Shown: positions 27,584 to 37,944, counted from the first letter of the stretch. The stretch: DNA of 64,000 nt from an uncultured Acidobacterium sp. (GCA_964628295.1 CAZVLS010000001.1:10250-74249); one strand, 5' to 3'. Notes: generated from the sequence alone by a model not told the origin. A program made the numbers and translations.

Positions 27584-27750
27584 CGCGAAGACACCGTTTG
27601 CAAGAATGAGCAGGAATATGACGAGGAGTTCGGTGCCGATACCGCCATTTTACCCCTTGGCGCCGTCCCGCCGCTCGACGGTCAAAACCCGCCATTCGAC
27701 GCGTCAACACGAACGGGACCCACCTCAGCCCGTATAGTCAGGTAACCCAA

Positions 27751-28596
27751 ATGTTGACCCTCTCGAACGTCCGGAAAACATTCGGCCGCATCGTGGCCGT
27801 TGACGGTCTTTCGCTCTCGGTTCGCAAAGGCGAACTGTTCGGCCTGCTGGGGCCAAACGGCGCCGGCAAGAGCACTTCCGTGAGCATGGCGGTCGGGATG
27901 CTGACGCCGGACTCGGGCACCGTCAGCATCGAGGGTCACGGCGATCCCGGTTCGCCCGACGTGCGCAAGGTGATCGGCGTGGCACCGCAGGCTCTGGCGC
28001 TGTATGACCTGCTGACCGCCGAAGAGAACCTGCGCTTCTTCGGCGAAGTCTACGGGCTGAGCGGCGCGGTGCTGAATGAGCGCGTCACGTGGTGCCTCGA
28101 CTTCGTGGGTCTGACTGAGCGCAAGGGCGATCGTGTTGGCGGGTACTCCGGCGGCATGAAGCGGCGGCTCAACCTCGCGGCCGCGGTGATCCACGATCCG
28201 CAGTTGCTGCTGCTCGACGAGCCGACGGTCGGTGTCGATCCGCAATCACGCAACAAGATCTTCGACAGCATCGAGGCGCTGCATCGTGACGGCCGCACCA
28301 TCATCTACACCACGCACTACATGGAGGAAGCCGAGCGGCTCTGCCAACGCATTGCGATCGTCGATGCGGGCAAGCTCCTCGCCCTGGGGACGCTGAGCGA
28401 ATTGCTCAAGGAACACGGTGGACCGCCGACGCTGATCGTGCGGAGCCACGACACCGAGCAGCGATACCAGGTGGCTGATCCGCTGGCTGAGCTCAATCGC
28501 ATTGCGGCGCAGACGCCGATTGACGAATTCCAGATGGAACGCCCCACGCTCGAGCAAGTGTTCCTGCGTCTGACGGGGCGGAGCATCAGGGACTAG
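27751..28596 (+). CDS. ABC transporter ATP-binding protein (ABC-2/DrrA type)
   Basis: Walker A GPNGAGKST, signature YSGGMKRRL, Walker B LLLLDEP. Confidence 0.9.
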   Translation: MLTLSNVRKTFGRIVAVDGLSLSVRKGELFGLLGPNGAGKSTSVSMAVGMLTPDSGTVSIEGHGDPGSPDVRKVIGVAPQALALYDLLTAEENLRFFGEVYGLSGAVLNERVTWCLDFVGLTERKGDRVGGYSGGMKRRLNLAAAVIHDPQLLLLDEPTVGVDPQSRNKIFDSIEALHRDGRTIIYTTHYMEEAERLCQRIAIVDAGKLLALGTLSELLKEHGGPPTLIVRSHDTEQRYQVADPLAELNRIAAQTPIDEFQMERPTLEQVFLRLTGRSIRD

Positions 28597-28628
28597 ACGG
28601 GCCTACGGGCCTACAGGCGAACAGGCGA
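28597..28628. repeat. 8-mer array (acgggcct x2, acaggcga x2) forming the whole ATPase-permease spacer
   Basis: Begins the base after the stop codon (TAG 28594-28596) and ends 6 nt before ATG 28635. Confidence 0.85.
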
Positions 28629-28634
28629 ATACAC

Positions 28635-29885
28635 ATGAAACAAGTCATCGCGCTCGCGCTCAAGGATCTGCGGCTGATGCCGCGCAACAAGGGCGGCATG
28701 TTCTTTACGTTTGCCTGGCCGATCATTGTCACCGTGCTGTTCGGGTTTGCCTTTGGCGGCAACACTCGCGATGGCGAGCAGGGCAAGGTGCAGATTGCGC
28801 TCGTTGACGAAGACAACACCGACGGTTCGCGCGCGTTTGCGAAGAAGCTCGAGGAGTCATTCGAGCTGACGCCGATGGCGCGCGAGGATGCGGCCAACGC
28901 CGTGCGTCGCGGCAATCGTACCGGCTACATCGTGCTGACGAAGGGATTTGGCGCCGCGTCGGACCGGATGTTCTACGGCGATTCGCGCCAGGTGGAGGTC
29001 GGCGTCGATCCGGCGCGTCGGGCCGAGGCGGCGATGATCGAAGGAATGCTGATGAAGCACGCCTCGTCTGACATGCAGAAGATGTTCACCGATCCGCAGG
29101 CGTCATCGCGCATGGTGGACAAGGCGCTCGGTGACATGCAGGGGGCCGGGCCCGAAGTCGCACCCGTGCAGCGTTTCCTGGGCGAACTGAAGACGTTCAC
29201 GTCCACGCCTCAGTCGCCGGGCGCTCCGGCGCAGAACGGCCAGTGGCAGCCGTTGAAGATCGTGACCAACGACGTGCGACGCGTGTGGAATGGTCCGGCC
29301 AACGCATTCGACATCACGTTTCCGCAGGGCGTGATCTGGGGATTGATCGGCTGCATGATGACCTTCGGCATCAGCATGGTCACCGAACGCACCCACGGCA
29401 CGCTCGTGCGGCTGCGGATGGCGCCGCTGACGCGCGCGCAGATCCTGGGCGGCAAGGCGCTGTCGTGTTTCCTGTCGATCATGCTGGTCGAACTGGTGCT
29501 GCTCGGCGTGGCGTTCAGTCTCGGCGTGCGTCCGGTCTCGATGCCGATCCTGGCACTGGCCGGCGTCTCCGCCGCGATCTGCTTCGTGGGCTTCATGATG
29601 CTGGTGGCGAGCCTCGGCAGGACCGAACAGACCGCATCCGGCGCGGCGTGGGCGATCCTGATGCCGCTGTCGATGTTCGGCGGCGCGATGGTGCCCACGT
29701 TCGTGATGCCGGCCTGGATGCAGTCGATCGGCCAGATCAGCCCGATCCGCTGGGCGATGCTCGCGATCGAAGGTGGCGTGTGGCGCGACTTCTCGATCGC
29801 TGAAATGGCGCTCCCCTGCAGCATCCTGATCAGCGTCGGCCTCATCTGCTTCGCGCTGGGGACGAGGGGATTGAAGGAAGCGTGA
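28635..29885 (+). CDS. ABC-2 type transporter permease
   Basis: N-terminal TM helix, a large extracytoplasmic loop and a C-terminal bundle of 5 TM helices. Adjacent to the ATPase. Confidence 0.8.
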   Translation: MKQVIALALKDLRLMPRNKGGMFFTFAWPIIVTVLFGFAFGGNTRDGEQGKVQIALVDEDNTDGSRAFAKKLEESFELTPMAREDAANAVRRGNRTGYIVLTKGFGAASDRMFYGDSRQVEVGVDPARRAEAAMIEGMLMKHASSDMQKMFTDPQASSRMVDKALGDMQGAGPEVAPVQRFLGELKTFTSTPQSPGAPAQNGQWQPLKIVTNDVRRVWNGPANAFDITFPQGVIWGLIGCMMTFGISMVTERTHGTLVRLRMAPLTRAQILGGKALSCFLSIMLVELVLLGVAFSLGVRPVSMPILALAGVSAAICFVGFMMLVASLGRTEQTASGAAWAILMPLSMFGGAMVPTFVMPAWMQSIGQISPIRWAMLAIEGGVWRDFSIAEMALPCSILISVGLICFALGTRGLKEA

Positions 29886-29954
29886 AGTAGCAAGATGCAA
29901 GTAGCAGGTGGCAGGAAAAGCACTTCTTGATACTTGCTACTTGCTACTTGATAC
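29886..29954. repeat. inverted heptamer arrays (AGTAGCA / TTGCTAC) forming a hairpin
   Basis: agtagca agatgca agtagca ggtggca ... ttgatac ttgctac ttgctac ttgatac. Starts the base after the stop codon. Confidence 0.9.
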
Positions 29955-29963
29955 TGTCTGGGC

Positions 29964-30791
29964 GTGTTCGGACGAAAAACAGAAGGCTCAGTCATTTGCG
30001 CCTCGTGCGGCGTGCTGGTGGGCGTCAATGATCCCACCTGCTACAACTGCGGCCGGCGCAACCCGGGCATGTGGGGGTTCGCGCCTGCGCTGCGGAGGCT
30101 CGGCACCGATCTCGGCTTCATCCCGTTCGTCACCGGCTTCACCGTCGTCATGTACGTGCTGTCGCTGGTGATGTCGCGCGACGGCGCGTCGATCGGCCTT
30201 TCACCCAGCAACTACGCGCTGCGCATCCTCGGCGCCAGCGGCGCCTCGCCCGTCTTCGAGTTCGGCTGGTGGTGGACGGTCATCACCGCCAGCTGGCTGC
30301 ACGGCGGCATCCTCCACATCTTCTTCAACGTGTTGTGGATTCGCCAGCTGGGTCCGGAGATCGCGAACATGTACGGCGCGGGCCGCATGGTCATCATCTT
30401 CACGGTGGCCGGCGTGGCCGGCTTCACGCTCAGCTCCGTGATGGGCCTGTTCGCGATTCCGTTCTTTGGCGCGGGCGTGACCGTGGGCGCGTCGGCGTCG
30501 ATCTTCGGATTTCTCGGCGCGCTCGTGCACTACGGACGCCGCACCGGCAGCAGTCACGCCAGGCAGGCGGGCCTGCAGTACGCGCTGTTCATGGGGATCA
30601 TGGGCTTCATCTTTCCCGGCGTCGACAACGCCGCGCACCTTGGCGGCTTCGCCGGCGGCTATCTCGCCTCGCTGATCCTCGATCCCCTGAAACCCGAACG
30701 TGTCGATCACATCGCGATCGCCGTCGGCTGCCTCGTCGTGACGCTCGCCGCGGTGGTTTACACCGTCCTCAGCGCCCTTCCGTACCTCTAA
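29964..30791 (+). CDS. rhomboid-family intramembrane serine protease with N-terminal zinc ribbon
   Basis: GTG start. Zinc ribbon CASCG...CYNCG. Catalytic motifs GASASIFG and AHLGGFAGG. Confidence 0.85.
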   Translation: MFGRKTEGSVICASCGVLVGVNDPTCYNCGRRNPGMWGFAPALRRLGTDLGFIPFVTGFTVVMYVLSLVMSRDGASIGLSPSNYALRILGASGASPVFEFGWWWTVITASWLHGGILHIFFNVLWIRQLGPEIANMYGAGRMVIIFTVAGVAGFTLSSVMGLFAIPFFGAGVTVGASASIFGFLGALVHYGRRTGSSHARQAGLQYALFMGIMGFIFPGVDNAAHLGGFAGGYLASLILDPLKPERVDHIAIAVGCLVVTLAAVVYTVLSALPYL

Positions 30792-31019
30792 TACCGACGC
30801 CGGCCCGTTCAGCGGCCATTCAGGCGATTGGATTCAGCCTCCGTGCGATTGAAGCGCGGTACGAAATGGGCGGGGAACTTTTTCTGTCGGGTGTGACCGG
30901 CGACATGACGCGGGGACGAACCGCACGTCGCCGGGTTCGCGGCCGTCGACGGTCGATCGGTTCGTCCCGATGCCACTGGGCACCTCCTTTGCTCTTTGCA
31001 GCACCCGGAGGTTTCCAAG

Positions 31020-33923
31020 ATGAAAGGTTGGAGAAATATCGCGTGGGCTATCGCAGCCACGCTATTGATGGCGACGCCGGCGCTGGTGTCGCCGGCATTC
31101 GCACAGGGCGGCGGCGCGTCGTCGACCGGCAGTATCAGCGGTGAAATCAAGGATGCGCAGGGCGGCGTGCTGCCCGGCGTGACCGTGACGGCGACGAGCC
31201 CGGCGCAGATCGGACAGCTCTCGGCCGTCAGCAATGAGGCGGGCATCTACCGCTTCCCCGCCGTGCCGCCGGGAGAATACCGGCTCTCGTTCGAGCTGGC
31301 CGGATTCCAGACCAGCGTGCGCGAAGGCATCCGCATCACCCTGGGCTTCAACGCGCAGGTGAATGCGAGCCTCAACGTCGCGACGCTGCAGGAAACCGTG
31401 ACGGTCAGCGGCGCCTCGCCGGTGATCGACACCACGGCTACGCGCATCCAGACCAACTACGACCAGCAGATGCTGTCGTCGATCCCGAACGCGCGCGACA
31501 TGTGGTCGTTGTTGTCGACGACGCCGTCGGTGACGCTGAACCGCATCGACGTCGGTGGCGCCACGGCCGGCACGCAGACGACCTACTTCGCCTACGGCTA
31601 CTCGGGCCAGAACCGTCCGTTGATCGAAGGCATCAACACCACGGAAGGCACCGCGGCCGCGGGCTTCTATCTCGACTACGGTTCATTCGAAGAGGTTTTC
31701 ATCGGCGCAGCCGGCAACTCGGCCGAGATGAACAGCCCCGGCGTGCTGACGCAGTTCGTCGGCAAGAGCGGCGGCAACCGTCCGTCGGTGAGCGTCTACT
31801 ACGACTACGAGAACGAGGACCTGCAGGGCCGGAACCTCACGTCGGAACAGGCCTTCGCCACCGGCGAAGCGCCCAACGGCCGCAGCATTCGCCAGGACGG
31901 CAACCGCCTCTCGAGCTACAAGAACCTGAACCTCGGCATCGGCGGTCCGATCATCAAGGACCGCATCTGGGGCCACTTCTCGTACCTGAACCAGCAGACG
32001 TCAGTGGCGGCACCGGCCGGCGGCAGCTTCCTCGACGGTACGCCGTTCAACACCAAGCTGTACAACTACACCGGCAAGGTCACCTACCAGGTGAACCAGT
32101 CGAACAAGTTCATCGCCTATCTCCAGCACGGCACGAAGGAACAGCCGAATCGCACCGACTCGACGCGCGTGGCGTCGCCGGTGCACATCACCGCCGATTC
32201 GACGGTGTTGCAGGCCTCACCGAGCTGGGTCTACAAGGGTGAATGGAACGGCACGCTGAACCAGAACACCTTTGCCGAGATCCGCGCCGGCCAGTTCGGC
32301 TACAACTTCGGCCTCGACAGCAATAACAACAACACCCGCTACGAATCGCTGACGACGCGCGAAGTGCTCGGCGGCGGTCGCGACTGGGAACTCCGTCGTC
32401 GCCGCAACCAGGTGACCGGCGCGCTCAGCTTCTTCAAGGATCGCTTCGCCGGCGGCTCGCACAACCTCAAGGTCGGCGGCGAGTGGATGGACGAAAAGGG
32501 CGAGACGCTGTGGAACTCGTACTACAAGGACAACGTCGTGCACTTCGTCAACGGCTCGCTGCAGGGTCCCCTGTCGGCGACGACGCCCGTTGAAGTGCGC
32601 CTGACGACCAACGGCGACAGCTGGAGCGCGCTTGGCACCATGAGCGCGTTTGTCACCGACACCTGGACGATCGACAAGCTGACGCTCAACATCGGCGCCC
32701 GCTACGACCGCTACCGCGTGTATCTGCCGGAACAGAGCGTCGCTGCCGGTCGCTTTGCGCAGGCGGCGTCCTATCCCGCCATCGACAGCATTGTCACCTT
32801 CAACCACATCGTGCCGCGCATCGGCGCGACCTACGATCTCACCGGCGACGGCAAGACCGTGCTGAAGGCGAACTGGGGCCGCTTCTACTTCAATCCCGGC
32901 ATCGCGCTGGCCGACGCGGTCAACGTCAATACCGCCAACCAGTACGCCGATCACGTGTGGAACGATGTCAACGGCGACCGGATCTTCCAGGAAGGCGAGG
33001 CCGGCACGCAGGTGCAGAAGTTCGGCGGCACCGCCGGCGCCTCGATCGATCCCAACATCCGCAACTCATATGGCGATGAAACGTCGTTCTTCGTCGAGCG
33101 CGCGGTCGTGGCCGACCTCGGCGTCCGCGCCGGCTTCGTCTACAAGACGGACCGCGACGGCTGGCAGCAGGTGAACGCCTCCCGCCCGTACAGCAACTTC
33201 AACATCCCGGTGACCGTCGTCGATCCGGGCGTAGACGGCACGTACGGGAATGCGGACGACCGCAACGTCCCGGCGTTCAACCTGAGCGACACGACGACGC
33301 CGGCGAGCAACACCACGCGCAACATCGACGGCTACGAGAACGACTTCAAGACGGTGGAGTTCGCGGTCAACAAGCGCTACTCGAACCGCTGGTCGATGAA
33401 CGCCTCGTTCTCGCACACCTGGACGCACCAGTTCGGCAACCTGTATTTCACCAACCGCTTCGGCACACAGGTCGCCAACTTCTCGCTGTTCGGCAGCTAT
33501 CCGTCGAACCCGAACGAGAAGACGCGGAACAAGTACACCGACTGGAACGCCAAGATCAGCGGCACGGTTGACGCCGGCTGGGGCATCCGCGTGACGCCGG
33601 TGATCAAGATGCAGAGCGGCGCGCCCTACGGCCGCTTCTTCACGACGCGCGTCGGTGAACTGAACTACGGCACGCAGAACATCCTCGCAGAGCCGATCGG
33701 CACGCGCCGCCAGGACAACGTCGCCGTGATCGACTTCCGCGTCGAGAAGCAGCTGAAGTTCGCGGCCGACCGCGCGAAGCTCGGGTTGTTCTTCGACCTG
33801 TTCAACGCGACCAACAGCAACACCGCGGTGAACATCAACTGGCTGTCGGGCTCCACGTTCCAGAAGGCGACGACGGTCCTCGGACCGCGCATTGCCAAGT
33901 TCGGCGTGAAGTTCGACTGGTAA
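31020..33923 (+). CDS. TonB-dependent-receptor-like outer membrane protein with carboxypeptidase-regulatory-like N-domain
   Basis: GGAGG lies 8 nt before ATG 31020. Signal peptide, then GVLPGVTVTATS...GIYRFPAVPPGEYRLSFELAGF, a plug-like segment and a C-terminal beta-barrel ending KFGVKFDW. Confidence 0.8.
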   Translation: MKGWRNIAWAIAATLLMATPALVSPAFAQGGGASSTGSISGEIKDAQGGVLPGVTVTATSPAQIGQLSAVSNEAGIYRFPAVPPGEYRLSFELAGFQTSVREGIRITLGFNAQVNASLNVATLQETVTVSGASPVIDTTATRIQTNYDQQMLSSIPNARDMWSLLSTTPSVTLNRIDVGGATAGTQTTYFAYGYSGQNRPLIEGINTTEGTAAAGFYLDYGSFEEVFIGAAGNSAEMNSPGVLTQFVGKSGGNRPSVSVYYDYENEDLQGRNLTSEQAFATGEAPNGRSIRQDGNRLSSYKNLNLGIGGPIIKDRIWGHFSYLNQQTSVAAPAGGSFLDGTPFNTKLYNYTGKVTYQVNQSNKFIAYLQHGTKEQPNRTDSTRVASPVHITADSTVLQASPSWVYKGEWNGTLNQNTFAEIRAGQFGYNFGLDSNNNNTRYESLTTREVLGGGRDWELRRRRNQVTGALSFFKDRFAGGSHNLKVGGEWMDEKGETLWNSYYKDNVVHFVNGSLQGPLSATTPVEVRLTTNGDSWSALGTMSAFVTDTWTIDKLTLNIGARYDRYRVYLPEQSVAAGRFAQAASYPAIDSIVTFNHIVPRIGATYDLTGDGKTVLKANWGRFYFNPGIALADAVNVNTANQYADHVWNDVNGDRIFQEGEAGTQVQKFGGTAGASIDPNIRNSYGDETSFFVERAVVADLGVRAGFVYKTDRDGWQQVNASRPYSNFNIPVTVVDPGVDGTYGNADDRNVPAFNLSDTTTPASNTTRNIDGYENDFKTVEFAVNKRYSNRWSMNASFSHTWTHQFGNLYFTNRFGTQVANFSLFGSYPSNPNEKTRNKYTDWNAKISGTVDAGWGIRVTPVIKMQSGAPYGRFFTTRVGELNYGTQNILAEPIGTRRQDNVAVIDFRVEKQLKFAADRAKLGLFFDLFNATNSNTAVNINWLSGSTFQKATTVLGPRIAKFGVKFDW

Positions 33924-34035
33924 GAGGGTAATAAAGGTTATAAAAAGTTATAAAGGGTTACAGAGGTTACGCGATTCAACCCCTGTAACCCTTGTAACCC
34001 TTGTAACCCTTGTAACCCTTGTAACCGTTGTAACC
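33924..34035. repeat. inverted 9-mer arrays (GGTTAYAAA / CCCTTGTAA) forming a ~110-nt hairpin
   Basis: The right arm is cccttgtaa x4-6 with exact period 9. The left arm is a degenerate complement. Starts the base after the stop codon and ends 7 nt before GTG 34043. Confidence 0.9.
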
Positions 34036-34042
34036 TTCCTCG

Positions 34043-35275
34043 GTGTCAGTCCTCGACCGCTTCCTTCGTAACGTCACCTACGACACGCAATCCTCTGAGA
34101 ATTCGGATACGTATCCGAGCACGCCGGGACAACTGACGCTGCTGCGTGACCTGGTCCAGGAACTTCGGGACATGGGTGTCGCGGATGCCGCGATCGACGA
34201 GCACGGCTACGTGATGGCCACCGTCCCGGCCTCTACCGCCAAGCAACACGTGCCGGTGATCGGCTTCATTGCCCACGTCGACACGTCTCCCGAAATGAGC
34301 GGCGCCGGCGTCAAGCCGATCGTGCATCGCGACTACGACGGGCGGGACATCACCCTGCCCGACGACCCTGCTGCGGTGTTGCGCGTCGCCGACATGCCCT
34401 ACCTCGGTGAGTGCCTCGGCCACGACATCGTCACGGCGTCGGGCACGACGCTGCTCGGCGCGGACAACAAGGCCGGCGTCGCCGCCATCATGGCGGCCAC
34501 GGAGCGGTTGCTGCGTACCGAGGCGCCGCACGGACCGATTCGCATCGCGTTCACGCCGGACGAAGAAGTCGGCGAAGGCACGAAGTATTTCGATGTTGCC
34601 CGCTTCGGCGCGGCGTGCGCGTACACGATGGACGGCGGCGCGCGCGGTGAACTCGAGTACGAGAGCTTCTCCGCCGATGCGATCACGTTCACGTTCCGTG
34701 GCTTCAACACCCATCCCGGTTATGCGAAGGGCCGCATGATCAACGCCATCAAGCTGGCGGCGCGCTTTATCGATCGGCTGCCGGCGGATCGGCTGTCGCC
34801 GGAAACCACCGATGGCCGCGACGGGTTCGTGCATCCCTATGTGGTCGATGCGGGCGTTGATCAGACCCGCGTGAAGTTGCTGGTGCGCGACTTCTCGACG
34901 CGGGGATTACTGGAAAAGGAAGACTGGCTGCGCGCTCTTGCCGCCGATACGGTACGTGGGGTGGATGGTGCGTCGGTTGAGGCGACGGTCGAAGAGTCGT
35001 ACCGAAACATGCGCGAGGTCCTCGACCGGCATCCGCAGGTGGTGGATCACGCGCGCACGGCCATCGCGCGCGCCGGCGTCGCAGTGCGCGAGCGGCCGAT
35101 TCGCGGCGGCACGGACGGATCGCGCCTGTCGTTCATGGGGCTGCCGACACCGAACATCTTCGCGGGCGAACAGAACTTCCACTCACGGCTCGAGTGGGTC
35201 TCGGTGCAAGACATGGAAAAGGCGGTCGATGTGATCGTCGAGCTCGCGAAAGTGTGGGAGGAGCAGGCGCCGTAG
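34043..35275 (+). CDS. pepT: peptidase T (tripeptide aminopeptidase, M20B)
   Basis: Collinear by eye with E. coli PepT: IGFIAHVDTSPE, LLGADNKAG, FTPDEEVG, IRGGTDGSRLSFMGLP. Confidence 0.9.
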   Translation: MSVLDRFLRNVTYDTQSSENSDTYPSTPGQLTLLRDLVQELRDMGVADAAIDEHGYVMATVPASTAKQHVPVIGFIAHVDTSPEMSGAGVKPIVHRDYDGRDITLPDDPAAVLRVADMPYLGECLGHDIVTASGTTLLGADNKAGVAAIMAATERLLRTEAPHGPIRIAFTPDEEVGEGTKYFDVARFGAACAYTMDGGARGELEYESFSADAITFTFRGFNTHPGYAKGRMINAIKLAARFIDRLPADRLSPETTDGRDGFVHPYVVDAGVDQTRVKLLVRDFSTRGLLEKEDWLRALAADTVRGVDGASVEATVEESYRNMREVLDRHPQVVDHARTAIARAGVAVRERPIRGGTDGSRLSFMGLPTPNIFAGEQNFHSRLEWVSVQDMEKAVDVIVELAKVWEEQAP

Positions 35276-35304
35276 GCGGCGGCCGCTCCTCTCCTCGATC
35301 GCCG

Positions 35305-37944
35305 CTAGTCGGCTCGCAGCGCGATGACCGGATCGATCCGCGACGCTCGCCATGCCGGAATCGCGGTGGCAACGAGTGCGATCCCCGTAAGCAGGCCGGT
35401 CACCACCCACAGGCTCGTCGGATCCGCCGGTGACAACCCGTTGAGCAGGCTGCCCATCGCACTGCCGACGGCCACTCCGCCCCCCAGCCCGATGACCAGT
35501 CCAAGCGCAACCAGTGACAGCGACTGGGAGGACACGAGTCGAATCACGTCCCACGCACTCGCGCCAAGCGCCATGCGCGTGCCGAATTCCGCGGTCCGCA
35601 AACCGGCGGAGTACGAGACGAGGCCGAACAGGCCTGCGCAGGCGAGCATCAGCGCCACGCCGGCAAACCCGGCGAGCACTGCGATGATGACGTCGTCACT
35701 CGAGCGGGCGCGAGCGAAGCCCTGTGAGAACGTTTCCATGCCCTCGATGGGAATGGCGGGAACGGTCGCCGCCATCGCCGTCCGGACCGCGCTCATGATC
35801 GCGGCGGCATCGCCCACGGACCGCAGCAAGTAGGTGACGCGGCGCGGTGGCTGCGCCATCGCCACCCAGATCCGGACCCCTGGCCGCGTGAAATCCATGA
35901 ACAGCACGTCGCTGCTGACACCGATCACGCGCACGGAATGCCGGTTGGCTCCGATCGAGTACGACACGCTGCGTCCGACTGCAGCCTCGACGCCGCCGAA
36001 ATAACGGACGGCCGCTTCGCGACTCACGACCGCGACGTCGCTCGCCGTGGATGGCCACCAGGTGCCGCTGAGGAGACGCAGTCCCATGGCTGCGGCGCCT
36101 TCGGCCGAAACGTGCGAGACAACCGCGGTCGGCGCGGACTCACCTGGCGCGACGGATTGGCCGTCGACGCTAAAGGGGGCGCTCTCTTCGCCTCCGAGAA
36201 TCGGCATCGCGGAAATCATCGCGGCAGTCTCGACACCGGCGGTGCGAGCCAGCGCCTCGCGCACGGCAGCCGCGGCGGCCGCGGCCTGCCGCGAATCCGG
36301 ATACAGCGCGTCGTTGAAGTCGAGGCTCAACGCCATCTTGTCTGCGCCATCAATCCCGGTTGGCTTGCCATAGATCGCGCCGACGCTGCGCGCCGCGAGC
36401 GAAGCGACCATCAACAGCACGACGGCAAGGGCCACCTGCGCCACCACCAGCCATCCACGGCCGCGCTGTGATGCCGTTGCCCCTCGAACACCACTGGCCG
36501 CCAGAAGCTGCCGCACATCGGTGCGAGCCACCGCGCGGGCGGGCGCAATCGAAAACAGGAGCGGGCAGACCAGCGCGAGCACGGCGACGAACGACAGTTC
36601 GTGCAGGTCGATCGCCACCTGCTTGATGATCGGTTCGGCGGCGAGCCACTGAATGATCTGCAGGCCGGCGTATGCCAATGGCATGGACAGCACGGCCCCG
36701 CCGATCGCGAGCGCCGCCCCTTCGACCACGAACTGGCGAATGACCCGAGCGCGTCTCGCGCCGAGCGCGGCGCGGACCGCGAGCTCTCGCTGCCGTGCCA
36801 TGGACCGAACCATGACAAGGTTGGACACATTGGCCGTGGCAATGGCCATGATCAACCCGACCGACAGCAGGAACAACGCGATCACGATCCACACGTTGTC
36901 GCCACCGGCGAGTTCCTGTACCGGGACGAGCCGCGCCTTCCAGCCCCCATTGGTGTCTGGATACTCGGTCGCCAGGGCGTCGCCGATCGTGGCGACCTCG
37001 GCGGCTGCACTCGCAAAGGTCGCGCCCGGCTTCAGGCGCGCCAGGATGCGAAGGTCGCGCACCGTGCTGGGAGAGTCGTCGTTGATGACCATCGGCAGCC
37101 AGATGTCGAACGCGGCCATGCTGCCAAACTCGAGCTCGGGCTTCATGACGCCGACAATGCTGTGAAACTCCCGGCCAATCTGCATCGTCTGGCCGATGAC
37201 GTCAGGACGTCCGGCGTATTCTTCCTGCCAGTATCGATGTGAAAGGACGACAACCTTGGACGACGCCGGGCCATCATCGCCGGGGGATACGGGACGACCA
37301 ATCAAGGCGGTCTGCCCCAGTGCTGCCATCGCATCGCCGGTCACAAGCGCCACGGACAGGGTGCGCGACTGACCATCCTTGATGAGCGCCGCGCGGGAGG
37401 GTGATGGTCGCATCACCGAGACCTTCTCGAGCGATGCGGCGCGATCGCGATAGGCCACGTAGTCGAGCGCTGAGACACGCATCCGGTTGTCCGAGCCCTT
37501 TGTGTCACTCGCAAATACGGAGACCACCACCTGCGGGTCATCAGCCGGGATGCCGCGAAACAGGATGAGATCGGCAAACGCAAACCCAATGGTGGCCGCA
37601 CCAATGGCCAGCGCCAGGGTGCCGACGATGATGCCGGACGTCCCGGGATTGCGGACGAACATGCGACCGGCGTGGCGAACGTCGCTGATGAAGTCATGCA
37701 TGAAAGGCGATCTCCTGAAATAGTGAAGACGCGGAGTGCGCGACGGTTCCGTCAAGTAGCGCGCGGTCAGCGTCAGGGTTTCCCGCCAGTACCACCACCC
37801 CGATGGGTGCTTGCGGTAGTCCTCGCGAAGGTCGCCGAGAATGCTCTCGCCGCGCTTGCCGAGAGGCAGTACCCGCTTCAAGATCCAGTCGGCAAACTGG
37901 GGAGGCCTTGCGGCTCCCGGTTCCCGGCTCCCCGCTCCCGTCAC
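35305..37944 (-). CDS. ADOP-family duplicated FtsX/MacB-like permease with permease-prefix domain
   Basis: The N-terminal prefix (ILGDLREDYR) is followed by two MacB-periplasmic-plus-FtsX modules. Overlaps padR by 4 nt. Confidence 0.85.
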   Translation of the reverse strand: MTGAGSREPGAARPPQFADWILKRVLPLGKRGESILGDLREDYRKHPSGWWYWRETLTLTARYLTEPSRTPRLHYFRRSPFMHDFISDVRHAGRMFVRNPGTSGIIVGTLALAIGAATIGFAFADLILFRGIPADDPQVVVSVFASDTKGSDNRMRVSALDYVAYRDRAASLEKVSVMRPSPSRAALIKDGQSRTLSVALVTGDAMAALGQTALIGRPVSPGDDGPASSKVVVLSHRYWQEEYAGRPDVIGQTMQIGREFHSIVGVMKPELEFGSMAAFDIWLPMVINDDSPSTVRDLRILARLKPGATFASAAAEVATIGDALATEYPDTNGGWKARLVPVQELAGGDNVWIVIALFLLSVGLIMAIATANVSNLVMVRSMARQRELAVRAALGARRARVIRQFVVEGAALAIGGAVLSMPLAYAGLQIIQWLAAEPIIKQVAIDLHELSFVAVLALVCPLLFSIAPARAVARTDVRQLLAASGVRGATASQRGRGWLVVAQVALAVVLLMVASLAARSVGAIYGKPTGIDGADKMALSLDFNDALYPDSRQAAAAAAAVREALARTAGVETAAMISAMPILGGEESAPFSVDGQSVAPGESAPTAVVSHVSAEGAAAMGLRLLSGTWWPSTASDVAVVSREAAVRYFGGVEAAVGRSVSYSIGANRHSVRVIGVSSDVLFMDFTRPGVRIWVAMAQPPRRVTYLLRSVGDAAAIMSAVRTAMAATVPAIPIEGMETFSQGFARARSSDDVIIAVLAGFAGVALMLACAGLFGLVSYSAGLRTAEFGTRMALGASAWDVIRLVSSQSLSLVALGLVIGLGGGVAVGSAMGSLLNGLSPADPTSLWVVTGLLTGIALVATAIPAWRASRIDPVIALRAD

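Noticed and set aside
30972-30978. A GCCACTG heptamer (B12-box core) upstream of the first receptor gene, suggesting a cobalamin riboswitch.
   Set aside because: The other conserved cobalamin-riboswitch elements (AGGGAA, GGTGNAANNCC, CCCGC context) are not evident, and the other two receptor leaders lack the heptamer.
30071-31144. A 357-aa ORF overlapping the rhomboid gene and running into the receptor leader.
   Set aside because: It is Arg-rich and out of frame with a gene that has clear catalytic motifs, so it is a shadow ORF.
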